Shown: piece after piece, positions 23,378 to 43,768 of the stretch
How the letters are laid out: each line of letters opens with the position of its first letter
How positions within the stretch are numbered: position 1 is the first letter of the stretch
DNA from: Neocallimastix sp. 'constans'
Lineage: Eukaryota
Assembly: GCA_050613775.1 (NCBI GenBank)
Contig: JBODTK010000114.1
Location: forward strand, 310,001-374,000
Direction: 5' to 3'
Length of the DNA stretch: 64,000 bases
The notes under the pieces: model-generated
The model's input: the letters and a program-made list of their open reading frames with translations, nothing else
Databases searched by the model: none
Told to the model about the DNA's origin: nothing
Position numbers and translations under genes: made by a program

Positions 23378-25289
23378 TGTCATGCCCAACATGACCCTGA
23401 AAAATAATTTATACATTTTAATAATTAAATATTGCTGTTTAGGAGCTTTTTATTGGAAGTAATTTCAGATGATTTTAAAATGAATTAAGATCACCATATT
23501 TGACAACAATCAAGGATGCATTATATCATTTCTAGATATTACGACTCAGCAATGAGCTGCTACTTTAACTGAAAATAACGATAGGTACTTAAATACTTAT
23601 CAACAATTTACCTTAAGGTTTAAAGCAACTTTTTGGAGCTTTAAATCAACATTCATTGCTAATCGGAAACTAAAAATAATTAAACATAAACGTATTGGTG
23701 AAAGAACGAAATATATTCTCGAATTTAATATATATTCAGAAGAGTCATCCAGGAATTAAGAAGCCAAAATGGATGCTTTTTTTCAATAGATCAAATGATC
23801 AAATCACTACCAAAATATAGGAAATGTTTCCAGATCCAAGATCTCTTTTCGAATTACAAACTATTATCTCTATATTAGACAGTCATATCGCTGCTCATAA
23901 GCAATTCCCTAATCTATAAAATAGATCAAATAACAATAATAATAATAATAGAAATAATGATAACTGAAGCAACAACAATCGAAGACAAAGTAATAGAAAA
24001 AATCCTTTCATATTAAAACTTGATGTCCATTATCTAAGAAAAAAAAAAAAAAAAAAAAAAAAAGAAAAGAACATCTTTTTGCTAGCTGTGGATCTTCCGA
24101 CTATTCTCTTGACAAATTCCCTCTAAAAAACAAAAAAATAAGCTTCTTCAAGTAGTTCCTATATCACTAATTCCGAATCAAAATGCATTCTAAGAAGAAG
24201 AATCTCCGACCAACCCGATGTTAAACTTCCATATTTTGAATCCACTCTTAATATCTTTCTAATAAAACTAAAATTCTTCTTGACTGTAGCTCTTGACTAA
24301 TTTAATAGATGTATACTTCGTTAAAGAAAATAATATTCCCAATTCTACTGAATGTAACCTCCCTAATATATCTGGAATTGGTATTCAATCAGTTGTTGGT
24401 GAAACCCTTTCAATATCTTTAAAATATAAAAATCATATTTGTAAAACAAAACTCTATATATTCGACCTTCCTTCTTACTTATCCTGGAAATACATTGGCT
24501 ATCAATTCACAATCCAACCACCTCTAATGGTTATACTTGCATTTTTGTTGTTCTTTACAGATTCACCAGAATAGGTCTTTTCATTCCATTCCCTAATGTT
24601 TCTTCTTCAGAAAACATTGCACATTTTCAGAATTCATGTATTATCAAAAGAAATTCTTTCCATAGAGGCATACAATTCATCTCTGAATTCTGAACTGAAA
24701 ATTGTAAAATTCTCAAAATTTCAACGAAACTTTCTTCTCACTTTCATCAAACCAACAGTTTAACAGAGAAGATAAACACCATTATTGAACAATTTCTCAG
24801 ATGCTATTTAAACTTCCAAGGGTTAAATTGGAAAAATTATCTATTTCATTGCCAAATTCTGTTATAGCAATTCAGTTCAAAAATAATTAAAAAACTCACC
24901 TTTATTTGCAAATTATGGTTAGAATCTCCATTCCTCTCTAGTCCTGCTGAGTTCTAATAATGTTCCTCATGCAGAAGAATTTATAACAAAATTATCCGAA
25001 CTTTTCAAAGAATTAAAAGAAAATCTAAAACAAAAGATTAACAAACAAAAACAATTCACTTATCAACATAGAATTAAAGTTCTTAAATTCAAGGTTAATT
25101 ATAAAGTATGGATTAACAGTTCCATTATAATTTGAAATAAAAACAAAAATATAAAATCAAGAAAACTAGAACCCTACAAAATTTTTAAAAAGGCTTTTCT
25201 AATAACTTATAAAATTTACTTTCCAAAAATACAAGAATTCGTCCAATTATTCATGTATCTGAACTTGAGACATATTACAAAAATAATTT

Positions 25290-25330
<41 letters not shown>

Positions 25331-25630
25331 CACCATTTTCAATCAAAGTCAATGATGAAGATGAATATGAAGTCGAAGAAATTTCCGACAAAAGAAAAAT
25401 ATTATAGCAAGATCTAATATCTTATTATGTGGAAAGGATATCCTTTATCTGAAGCACCTTAATTGTCTCAAATTACTAAAAAGTTTCAATAAATCAAACC
25501 AAAAATTGATATTTAGAAAATTAATCTTTAATATTATTATTTACTATTTTATTTCAAACTTATATAGTAATAACTTCTCCGATTGTGTAATTACTAGCAT
25601 TACACTCAACGAAAAAAAGGTTTGTCATGA
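23378..25630 (+). mobile_element. Degenerate Ty3/gypsy (chromovirus-like) retrotransposon relic
   Basis: In order: decayed zinc knuckle (about 24079-24123, CGSSDYSL), protease-like LLDC (about 24277), integrase-like RGIQFISEF and INTIIEQFLRCYLNFQGLNWKNYL (24665-24845), chromodomain-like EYEVEEI...WKGYPLSEA (25363-25460). Many stops. TGTCATG occurs at both ends. Confidence 0.8.
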
Positions 25631-25799
25631 TCGATATTCTCTCTAGTAAAATTATACATTAAAATATCATTATCAAAAATATTTAAAATTATTTCTCTCC
25701 CATTGGTGAATGAATTATTGTTTATATTAGTAGCAACCTTGTCTTTTACAATAATTAAATTCACTAATTCTCTATTATTAATTTTCTGAGTTTTCCTCT

Positions 25800-26530
25800 A
25801 TTCTATTGAGCTCATCTAGCTTTTCCATTACATTACATTATTTATATTTATCATTAATTTCATTAAATAAAGACCTTAATATATCGATCTCCATAGAGAA
25901 GAATTAATCTTGCTCAATTCAAAGGTAATAGGATTTATAAATATATAATTCTCTATAATGGTTTCATAACATTTAATAATGTCTAAAAGAAAGTCCTCTT
26001 TTTCTACTACATGGAAATCTACATCGAATTTGTATGAACCAATGGTTAGCAGGTAGTCTTTAAACCAGTCCAGGAGTGGAATCGACATCTGATATAACTT
26101 GAACAATAGAACTAGTAGGCATTCGCAAAGGTTTAGGCTTATTTGGTAGAAAGCTATTTCAAGTATGATTTTGAAATTAAATCTAAACCTACACCATAAT
26201 TCAAATATTATTTTGAAGGTATATCAAAAAAATTTTAACACTTAGAAATAGGAATTTTCCCTTTATGGATTGTATTAATTTCAGCCTCATTCTTTCTGAA
26301 TATAAAGTTCTTGACAAGTTCAATTCTTACCTTCAGACTAACATCCAAAAGTTGGGCAACTGAGATGTTAGCTGGGGTGCTACTTAAATCTTCTTTAATA
26401 TTATATGGAGAGATGTTACTCACCAATCTTATATGTTTATCCTTATTCAACTTTTTGTTCATCACTTTTACTTGTTTTTTTGGCCTCAAATTCTATGAAA
26501 TTTCTTCTATTTTTACTTGTTACACACTGG
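25800..26530 (-). mobile_element. Gag/protease-region relic of a second LTR retrotransposon
   Basis: Broken ORFs 26235-26489 (YNIKEDLSSTPANISVAQLLDVS) and 25876-26106 (IGSYKFDVDFHVVEK) resemble the gag-protease junction of fungal gypsy-like elements. Recognised from memory, not from a search. Confidence 0.55.
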
Positions 26531-26607
26531 AAGTATAAAAAAAAAAAGGAACAAAATAATATATCGTACTTGAAAATAAAAAGCAAAATAATAATAATAA
26601 TAATAAT

Positions 26608-26803
26608 TGTTAGAATATGTGAAATGTATGAAAAATAAGCTTCAAATGTATTGAAACATATTGTAATATAAATAATGTATAAGCCACAATGTATTAATAT
26701 AAAAGCATTTAATTTAGAATAATTAAGTGCTAGTAACTCTTTATCATAAAATATATTAATAAAATTGACATAATTATAAACCATAAATTCATAACTCTTA
26801 ACA
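26608..26803 (+). repeat. 5' LTR
   Basis: TGTTAGAATATGTG...ACTCTTAACA, 196 bp. Confidence 0.9.
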
Positions 26804-28530
26804 GATTAAGAGTCTCATCTGACTCTTAAAAAGATTCATAACAAAAGAATCTTTTGCCGGAAACAATATTATGTCAAAAAAAAAAAATATATATATATAT
26901 ATAATTGAATTTTAAATTATGATAAAGGTTGCTCATTATGTCAATTTTTAAGATGACTAATAAAACTGATAACTGATCAAAATGATCAAGACAAAAAAAT
27001 TGAAGAAATGCGTAAAATATAAAACTGTTGATAAAAGAAGTTATTTCAGGATAAGTAAAACTCAGAAAAAAAAATATAAAAATATTTATTTAAAAAGAAA
27101 AAACACGTATAAACGTATATAAAAGAAAATTATATATCTTCATACTAGAGACTCTTAATTGAAATTATAATTTGATATTTTAACAAATAAGCTTTTGACT
27201 ATTAGTAATATAATATCTATACATGAAGGAATCTACTATATGATGGACTATTTCCGCCCCATGAATATACAAAACGTATTATTTAAAGTATAGTTATTTT
27301 ATTTTAACGCGTATTTATAAATATCAAACGTGTATAAATAAATATAATCTACAATAATGGAGGAGTCTATATGTCAGAGACCTCATATAAAAGAATTAAT
27401 ATATAATATCCCAAATATTCAAGGGAAATATAATAGAATGGTAATTCCTAGGGTACATTCTAACGATAATAATATTATTAAACCTAGCGTGAAATAGGTT
27501 TAAATAAAAAAAAAAAAATTTTATTTAATATAATCATAATACAAACCTTCGTGATGAAAGTTATATAAAAATGGATGATGTTTATTCATCTATTAACTAT
27601 ACTTATTTATTACAGAGTATTTAAAATTATTAAACTTCTATAATTAATATTATAATGATGAGAAAATCCAAATATATAAAATCCTTTTAGAAATTTGGAT
27701 TTTAGGGGGAAGTAGGCAAAATAAAACAAAAATTATAAAGTATTAAAGAAAAGTAACTCTATTGATTCTTTGAGCTAATTATTTAAAAATAACATTATCT
27801 TGGAAATAAATAAAATAGCCTAATAGTGAAATTAACAAAAATTAACTTTCAAGAAACAATTAAATGAAAGATTGAATTTTAATCAATTATGAAACAATTT
27901 ATATTATTTATTAATAAGTTTAAATGACTAGAATAATATAATTAATTATTAATGCAATCAATTTTAATACCCCAAGATTATGATTTATCAAATACACAAA
28001 TATATAATTAACAATTTATTTTAATAGTTATCGCTAAAACTACAAAGCGAAAATATATAAAAGTTAACGCTAATCTATAAAGCGGATTATAATTATTAGT
28101 GATATAAAACCCAATATAGAAGAGGTATTCACACAAATTGAGATGGTATAATATCACCCTTCAAGAGAAAGGTTTCCATCATATATAAATGGTATATTTA
28201 AACCATATAATTATTTTATATTAAAGATGACATAGATTCATCTAATATTTATTAATGGTGTAAAAATATTAAATATTTAGTTTTAGGGGGAAATTATTAG
28301 ATTATAAATATATTTAAGAAATTATTTTAGCAATTTTTAAATTAAATTAAATAATTAATATAACATAAAAAATATTTTATTCATGTAAAATTAGAGGTTA
28401 ATTTAGGATAGAAATATATATAGCAGTTTAATAATATCAAGTTAATAGTGTAAAATAGGATAATTTTATATACACATATTCACCAGTAAACCAATTTATT
28501 CATTATTGAATAACTAGGTTTAAGGGGGAA

Positions 28531-28726
28531 TGTTAGAATATGTGAAATGTATGAAAAATAAGCTTCAAATGTATTGAAACATATTGTAATATAAATAATG
28601 TATAAGCCACAATATATTAATATAAAAATCATTTAATTTAGAATAATTAAGTGCTAGTAACTCTTTATCATAAAATATATTAATAAAATTGACATAATTA
28701 TAAACCATAAATTCATAACTCTTAAC

Positions 28727-28727
<1 letters not shown>
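28531..28727 (+). repeat. 3' LTR
   Basis: Same sequence, 197 bp, preceded by a polypurine tract. Confidence 0.9.
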
Positions 28728-28759
<32 letters not shown>

Positions 28760-29257
28760 TATTTTATAAATTCATTTTAATATATTAATTTTAAATATAA
28801 ATTTTATTATTAATATTAATAATATATATAAATTGCTTTATCGTTTTAATTAAAATAATTTCATATAATAAAATTAATAATAATAATAATAATTATAATT
28901 ATAATAATAATAATAAAGTAATATATATATAAATTATAATTATTTTTATTTTAAACAAATAAATTGCATCTTTATAAAAAGAAAATTTAATACAAAAAAA
29001 AGGTATAAAAAAATAAAATATAAAGAAACCTTTATAAATAATAATTGAACTACAAAATGTATTAACTAAATATTTTTAATAAAATAATATCAAATAGTAT
29101 GTTATTTGTATCAATAATGTAATTCAATATAGTATTACAAAACGAAACAAAACAAAACAAAACAAAACAAAAAAAAAAAAAAAAAAAAAACATAATGTAC
29201 CTTATTTTTTCATGAACTTTTTAATAAATAAAATAAATAAATAAATAAATTATTAAA

Positions 29258-29328
<71 letters not shown>

Positions 29329-29884
29329 ACTATATGCAAATATATACTTATATTTTTATAATAATTACATTTATATATTTTATTAATCATTTACTTGTTT
29401 ATTTATTTAATTATATTTTTTTTTAAAAAAAAATTTATTTGCAAATTACAATTAATGATTAAAAAAAAAAAATCTCTATGAATTTACATAATAATTACAT
29501 TTGTTTTCTTTTCTTTCCTTTTTTTTTTTTTTTTTTTTTAAAGAAAAAAAAAAAATAAAAATAAAAATTAATATATATAAATAAATTTATATATATATAT
29601 ATTTTGCATTGTTTAAACAAATAAACAAAAAAAAAAAAAAAACTATATATATGGAAAATTAATAAAACCATATATATATATACATATATATAAATTATGC
29701 ATTTAAGTGTGTATATATTATATTGATATTATTTATTTATTTTTATTTTTATTTTTTTTTTTTTTTTATTATATTATTATTATTATTATTATTTTTTTTT
29801 TTCATTATTATTATTATTATTATTTTAATATTATTTTTTGTATGCTTAATTTTTATGAATAAAATTACTTATATTAAATTATGC

Positions 29885-29925
<41 letters not shown>

Positions 29926-30016
29926 GTTATTTGTTTGAAAATTATTTTTCTTTTTATTAATTATTAAAAAAATATATAAATTGAATTAACATTTAATGAT
30001 TTAAATATTTAAATTA

Positions 30017-35639
<5,623 letters not shown>

Positions 35640-35983
35640 TTTGTTAAATCGTTTATTTTATTTTTATCACTCTTTTTAATATGAAATAAATAATTTATTT
35701 ACAAAAAAAAAAAAACAAACAAACAAAAAAAAAAAAATAAAATTATTTTTTTTATTATACTGTTTTTTTTTAAAATATATATATATATATATATATATAT
35801 GAATTAATATATATAATATTATAAAAATAAATTTGTTCATTAAAATAAAAATAGTTATTAACATATCTCATCTTGCTTTAAATAATTAAATATATCTAAA
35901 AATAGCATCCATTAATAATAAATTACCTAATTTGATTATAAATTACCTAATTTATATAAAAAATTTTCTAATTGTAAAGTATT

Positions 35984-36028
<45 letters not shown>

Positions 36029-36548
36029 AAAAATAAGTTAGTTTTGTCAATAAATTCATTTTGTTTTAGAATTATTAAAAATAAATGGCCGTTTTTAACT
36101 TTAATATATATGCTTAATTTATTAATTATTATATATAAATATTTTTTTTAAATTAACAAATTGATATTTATCAAAATTAATTTAATATTTACAACCACTA
36201 AATAAAATATTTATTTGAAAGAGCTCTAATATTATTATTTTTAAAAAATATATAATAAAGATAGTATATTTTACCGATAATAATACAAAATAAACTATCT
36301 TATTTTTTTATAAGTATATATTTTATAAATAAGATATCGTTTATTTTAAATAAAATATTATTTAATTTTTTATTTGGTTTTTTTTTTTTTAGGAAATTAT
36401 CTCTTTCATTATATGTATAATATAAATTGAAATAAATATAAACTACATATATGTCTTTATTGGTATATTTAATACTTCATAAATTTTTTTATTTTTAAAA
36501 TACTTTCTATTTTTAACTTTTATATGTTTTTTTTATTATAAATGAAAA

Positions 36549-36601
<53 letters not shown>

Positions 36602-39329
36602 ATATTATTTTGTGGATATACAATAAAAAATTAAAATAAAATGACAAACAGCAATATATATATATTAATATCTAAATTATATATTTTATTTTTTATTGAA
36701 TCTCTATTTTTTTTTTTTTTCTAGAAAAATAAAATAAATAAAAATTTTACTTATTTTAATATATTTTATAATTAATTACTATATCAATAACTTTTTAAAT
36801 AAAATAATAAAACAAAAATAAAAGTATTATAAAAGGTTAATTAAATATTTAAAAAAATAATATAAAGTACTATTTTTTTTATTATTTACATTTATATAAT
36901 TATGAATATTAATATTTAGTATTTTTATATATTTTATTATATATTTTATTATAACTATAAAAATTTTTTAATATTTCTTTTTTTATAATTAATCAAATAT
37001 TTTAAAATATTATTTCAATAATTAAAATTTTAATTTTTATACTATATATTAAATTATAATGCAATATATTTAATTATGATATATTATAATATATTTTGAT
37101 TTAACAACATAAAAATTTTTAATAAAAAACAATAACTAAACATATATATTAAATATTTCACTTTGATTCTATATTAAAATTTTTATATTTAGAATTATTA
37201 TATAATATAAATATAAAAACATTATATAGCAACCAAAAAATAGATAAAAAAAATTTTATTCTCTGCTACTCATTTATTTATTCATGTTTAATATTTTATA
37301 TTATTTTATAATTATTTTTGTTAATTAATTATTCTATGTTACAAGTTGGTTTATCCACCATTCTCACTACCACTTTCATATTGTTTATATATGAGTCATA
37401 ACAATTTTTTTTCACTATTATTAAATTTTTTACATTTATTTTTTTTATTCATAATTTATTTTATCCATTATTTATTTTAAAAATTAATATACATATATAT
37501 ATGTTTAAGTGTACTTTATTATTTTTTGTTTCGGTTTAGAAAAAAAAAATAAAAAAAAATAATTATACTTACTATATCAAAATTTTCTTTACTCCACAAG
37601 TTTTCCCAGTATTTAAATTTGTTGTTTAATGATTAAAAAAAACAAAAAGATTCATTTATAAAATAGAATATTATTATCTAAGTATATATACAATAAATAA
37701 TATATATTAAATTTATATTATTTATTATTTCTACAATTATTCCTTTTTTTATTTTTAAAAATTATTTTTTAATTTAATTCTATTTACTAAAAACAACTAT
37801 TAATTTCATATTCAATATTAATAAATTTTTAATTAGAAATTTATTTTGAAAATAAATATTAGTGTTTATATTATTTAATTATGAAGATAAAAAAGTAAAT
37901 TAATTAGTCAAATATTTAATAGTCTTATTATTAATATATATGCATTATAATAATCGAAAATAATAAATAATAATAATAATAATAATAATAATTACAAAAG
38001 CATTAACTATGTCTTTGTGGGGATGTTTATTGTTTATAAAATTAAATTTTTAAAAATAATTTATTTAAAATAAGAAGAAAATCCTTATTTTTAAAATAAG
38101 GATTATTTTTTGATTATTGTCTTGTTTTGTTTTTAATTGTTTATATTTTTTTAAGCTGTTAATTAGTTAACAGATATAAAAAAAAAAAAAAAGAGATTAG
38201 AATGACAAAAAAAAAAAAGAAAGAAAAAAATCTATATAAATATATTTGTATATTATTTTATTTTATTTTAATTTTTATTTTTATTTTTATTTAATATAAT
38301 AGAATAATTAAAAATATAAAAGTTATTTATTAAAATTATTAAAGTAATATATAATATTCATATATATATATATATTATTAATATATATTTTTTATTTTAT
38401 TTATATAATACTTAAACTGTAAAAATGAAAATAATTTCACAAAGTATTAAATACATATAATTTTTATTAATTAAAATTTTTCATTATTTTATTTTTTACA
38501 AAGATAAAAAAAAAATCAATACTAAAACTAAAAAAAAAAAAAAAAGCAATACTTTCATCGAAAATATATAGATAATATTAAAATCTATAGGAAAAAAAGG
38601 GTGAATAAAAAATTATATTAACTATTCATAGGTAAATATTAATTTTTATACTTTTGAAAGTCAAAATTTTATCATTCCATACATTATGAAAAGTTCTTAT
38701 TTCTATTCTTATATCCATTAATTAATTAATTAAATATTTATGTTAAGTACATATATATATATGTATTTTTTGATTCAATTAAAAAGTTTATATTAAAAAT
38801 TAAATTAGATCTATATAAATTCTTAAATGTATTATATTATAATATAATTAAATATTATATAAATTAAAATGAGTAATGTATATAAAAAATGTAAAAGAAT
38901 ATGTAGTCATATCAATATAGGAATAGATATAGTAATTCAAATATATATATTTTTTATTACTTTAAATAATAGCTTTTAAAATATTTTTCTTTCAAAAGAA
39001 AAAAAGGTGATAAATAGTAGCATTTATAATATTTTTATTAAAAAAATAAAGAAAAGAATGAAAGAAAAGTAAATACCTTTTTTTTTTTTTTTTCATTATT
39101 CTACATAAAATAATTAATTGCCTACATTAAGATTATTTGAATTGATCATTTAATTAATTAAAAAATTTAATAAAAAAGTTAATTATAAAAAAAAAAATTA
39201 AAAAATTAATTTGAATTTAAAAAGTAATTAATATTATTACAGTTTATTATTAACTTCATTTTCCATTTCTATTTAATAGTATCTATTTAATAATGGTTGA
39301 ATAAGATGACACATTAAAAAACAAGAAAT

Positions 39330-39640
39330 TTGACCTAATAATTATTAACTAGGACTTCGACTTGAAATTCACAGGTTCGATCCCAATTATTAGTATTTGT
39401 CTTTCCAGTTTTTATCCTAGTAATTAGTACTTGAGACTAATACACAAGGTCTCTGGATCACTGAAAAGAAGTCCGGTGTATAGGAAATGTTTTTCATATT
39501 AGCCATGATTAGAGAGAGGTCCGGGTCAATACTAAAATAGTATGGCAAAGAATCCAATGAGAGTCTAATACATTTAAAGGAGAGATTAGAGACCCTATTA
39601 CCTTTCGTTAATCCAATGAGAGTCTGATATAGATTTAAAA
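39330..39640 (+). mobile_element. Possible degenerate tRNA-related SINE relic
   Basis: Locally GC-richer island with B-box-like GGTTCGATCC (39374-39383) enclosed by CTAATAATT/AATTATTAG pairing. A 20-bp repeat AATCCAATGAGAGTCTRATA occurs at 39551 and 39610. No clear A-box or TSD. Confidence 0.35.
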
Positions 39641-39889
39641 ATAAAACATATAAAAATTATAAACTTTTTTTTTTTACTTAACTGCAATAAAGAATTATTT
39701 ATTTTAATATTTCTTATCATATCTTTTCTTTATATTTACTAAAATTATTAACAATTATACTATGCTTACTACTTCTTCTAAGTATTTTTTTTTTTTATTT
39801 ATTTATTATAATAAATATTCTTTACATATAACTTATTAGTTTTTTTATTTATTTATTTAAATATATTTATTATTTATTATTTATTTATC

Positions 39890-40056
<167 letters not shown>

Positions 40057-41746
40057 GTTATTTTATATTAATTTAAAATAAATTAAATTTTAAATTAAAC
40101 TAGATAAAAATTTTTATTGCATTGTTTATTTTTTTATACTATAATTATTTAGTTAATTTAGAGAGAAAAAATTTTTTTTATTTCAACTTATATAAAATAT
40201 ATTTTATTGATATATTAATTATAATTAAAAATAGAGATATTATAGTAAAATAAAAGGTTAAAATGAAACTAAATCTCTTAACCTTAACTTTATTTATATT
40301 AATTTAATCTCAGTATAAAATATTTTTATATAAATAATTATTTGAAATATACATAATTAAAAAAAAAAAAATATTATATAGTGTACATAATGAAATTATA
40401 TATATATATTTTTAAAAAAAAAAAAATATTTGTAAAATTTACTTATTTATTACATATTATTTATTATTTATTATTATAATTATTTATTTATTATTATAAT
40501 TTTAGAAAACTCAAAAAAATTAATACATTTATATATTTTTACTTTATTTTTTAGCTTATAGCCACTGTATATTTTTTTTTTTTTTTTAGCATTAAATATG
40601 ATTAAAAAAAATAACTTTGTTTAAGAGTTATTAAAATTAATAAATATCATATACTAAATTTTAACTAGTATTATTGAATATATATACAGATATTACTACT
40701 CTATTTCAAAATGTTCTATAAATATTTAATAAGAAATTGTAATATTGAGAATTATAGATTTTTAATCATATTATTTAATTTATTTATTTTTATTTATATA
40801 TATAATTTAAATAATATTAAGGATGTATATATATCCTTCCAAATATTATTTATAATATTTTTGACTAACTTTTATTATAATCTTTTCTTTGTATTAATCA
40901 TTTAATATATATATACATTTTTTTTTTCATTGTTTAATTTATTATATATTACTTATTATTAAATATTTTATGAATAGAAATATATTCACATCATTATATA
41001 TTTTTATAAAAGACAGAATTAATTTAATAAAAATGGATTAAAATTTTTGAATTTATCTCAAAATATTAATTTTTATTATATTTTTGATGTTTAAAAGTAA
41101 TAAGTTATAAATAATAATATGTAATAATTAGTAATTAATAAATATTAAAAAAAAAATTAATAATTAGTAATAAATAATAAATAATATAATAAATAATAAA
41201 TTATAAATAATACATAATAAATAATAAATAATAATAAAAAATAAAATAAAAATATTTATGTTGTTAATAGATTTTTAAAACTCATTACTATAATAATATA
41301 TAAAAATAAAAGTGTTATTAGTCGGATATTATAATTTTGTCAACTTTATTAATATATTTAAAGATATTTATTTTTCTATATTAATTTTTCTAAATTAAAT
41401 ATTTTAATACTATTACATTGTGGCTTGTATATTATTAATATTACTATATATGATAATTTGAAGTTTATTTTTCATATTCTAACAAAGAGTATTTAATTAG
41501 AATTTTATTTATATTTTTATCCCTATTAAGTTATAATTAAACTGATAATTAGTTGGTAGTAAATAACATAATATTAGTTAATATTTATTAAAAATTTTTT
41601 AATTTAAAAATAGTTGTTAACAAATTTTTGTATATTTATTTTAGAATTACGCAATATAATGTTGACATCAGTATAGTCATAAAATATTCTGTCAATTTTT
41701 TTAATTTGTGTAACCCTTTCCAACTTTAAAGAAAATTTCCTTAATC

Positions 41747-41777
<31 letters not shown>

Positions 41778-42020
41778 TTTTTTTTTTTTTGTTACATCCA
41801 AAAGAAAAGGAAAAAATACAGAATTTTAAAAAAAAAAAAAATTAATATTTAGATTAAATAAATATTAGCAATTTATATAAAGTAAATATATTTATATATT
41901 TTATTTTTTATTATATTTTTATATTAATTTTTTTTTTTATAAAATTCTGTATTTTTTCCTTTTCATTTTGATGTAACAAAATAAAAAAAAAAAAAAAAAA
42001 TAATAATAATAATAATAAAA
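41747..42020. repeat. Inverted repeat with arms of about 100 bp
   Basis: (TTA)n-Tn-GTTACATCCAAAAGAAAAGGAAAAATACAGAATTTTA versus TAAAATTCTGTATTTTTTCCTTTTCATTTTGATGTAAC-An-(TAA)n. Confidence 0.85.
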
Positions 42021-42572
42021 AATTAATATAATGATATTTATATAATTTTTTATTATCAGTAGATGGTTTTTATAATTATTATTTTTATTTTTTAAGTTAT
42101 AGGTTTATATATTTATAGGTTTATTTATTATTTCGTATTTATATATTTATTACTATTTTTAAATTTATTTTTAGTATATAAAAATATGACGATAGTTCTA
42201 TACATATTTATTTTTAATAATTAATTATTAATTATTAAAAATAAATATAAAAAAATTAATATTTAGATTAAATAAAAATTAGCAGTTTTATATATAGAAA
42301 ATATATATATTTTATTTTTAATTTTATTTTTTATTAACATATTAAATGTTAATAATAAAAATTAAAATTAAAACAATTATAAGTTAAGTCATCAATATTA
42401 TTTTGATTATTGTATATTTAAAATGAATGAATAAAGCAATATTGATATATTTAAATAAAAATAATTAAATATGGTCATATATTCATATATAAAAGATTAT
42501 GGATTATAATTATTCTATAAATTTTTTAATTATTAAATAAAACTTTTTTTTTTTTTAATGTACATTGATTAT

Positions 42573-43360
42573 TTATTCGTCGTACATTTGAAATTTGCTG
42601 GCTCTACTCATATTGTCAAATTCATTATCGCTTTCGTCGTCATCTTTAACAGTGATTCTATTAATGAAAAATAAAAATAAAAAATATTATTTAAATAATA
42701 GTATTAATAATATTATTAACATTAATTCAATATTACTGTTTAAATATATAATCATTATTATTATTATTATTTTACTTACAGTTGTTCTAAATTCATATTT
42801 TGAATGTATTCAGGAACTTCTGAAAATTTATTTCCTTTAATATTCCTATAATAATAATAATATATATATATATACATATAAATTTAATTTATTATAAAAA
42901 TAGAAATAATATTTAGAATAAATAAATAAATAATTAATTAATAAATAAATATAAATAAATAAAAATTCTTACAGTATTCTTAAATTTTTAAGTTCTGAAA
43001 TAACCTCTGGAATGTCAAATATTTTATTAAATGATACATCACTATAATGAATAAATAATTAAAGAATAATATCATTTAAATATTTTTATTGTATATTATC
43101 ATATATATATATATAGATAGATAGATAGATATTTAAAATAATATATATATAATTTTTATAAGTATTCTATAAATGGTTGACAACTTACAATATTTCTAAT
43201 TGTTGTAAATATAATATAATATCAGGTAGTGTTGATAATCTATTACGAGATAAATATCTATTTTTTTTTAGATTATATTTATATTTTATAAACAAATAAA
43301 GAAAGAAAAAAGAAAAAGCAGAAGATGAAGAAGAATAAAAAAAGTTAGTAAATTTAATTA

Positions 43361-43408
<48 letters not shown>

Positions 43409-43730
43409 GTGTTTTATTCTAATATTGGTTAATTTTGAAAGATAACAAAAATTACTTACAATTCTTTTAACTTTGAAAGATTACCAATGTTTGATGGAAT
43501 CATTTTTATATAATTTCTATTCAAATTTCTGTCATGAGTTTTAATTATTAATTATATATAAATATTATTAGCTATTTGATTTATATATATATATATTTAT
43601 ATTTTAAAAAGATGTGCTGATTTTATTTACAAAATTTCAAGTGAAGTTAGATTAGATATTTCTTGTGGTATATTATATAATTTATTATTTTCTAGTGATC
43701 TAATAATAGTTATAATTTTTGATAATTATT

Positions 43731-43768
<38 letters not shown>

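Larger units (their letters stand above)
26608..28727 (+). mobile_element. Non-autonomous copia-derived LTR element (2.1 kb)
   Basis: TG...CA LTRs at 26608-26803 and 28531-28727 differ at about 3 sites. PPT AAGGGGGAA at 28522-28530. ATAAT on both flanks. Internal NNGGVYMS (about 27353) resembles copia integrase DNGGEY. No intact internal ORF. Confidence 0.85.

Noticed and set aside
23609..23621. Zap1-like palindrome ACCTTAAGGT
   Set aside because: Inside the gypsy gag relic, one base shorter than ACCTTNAAGGT, and about 3.5 kb from the nearest ZIP start.
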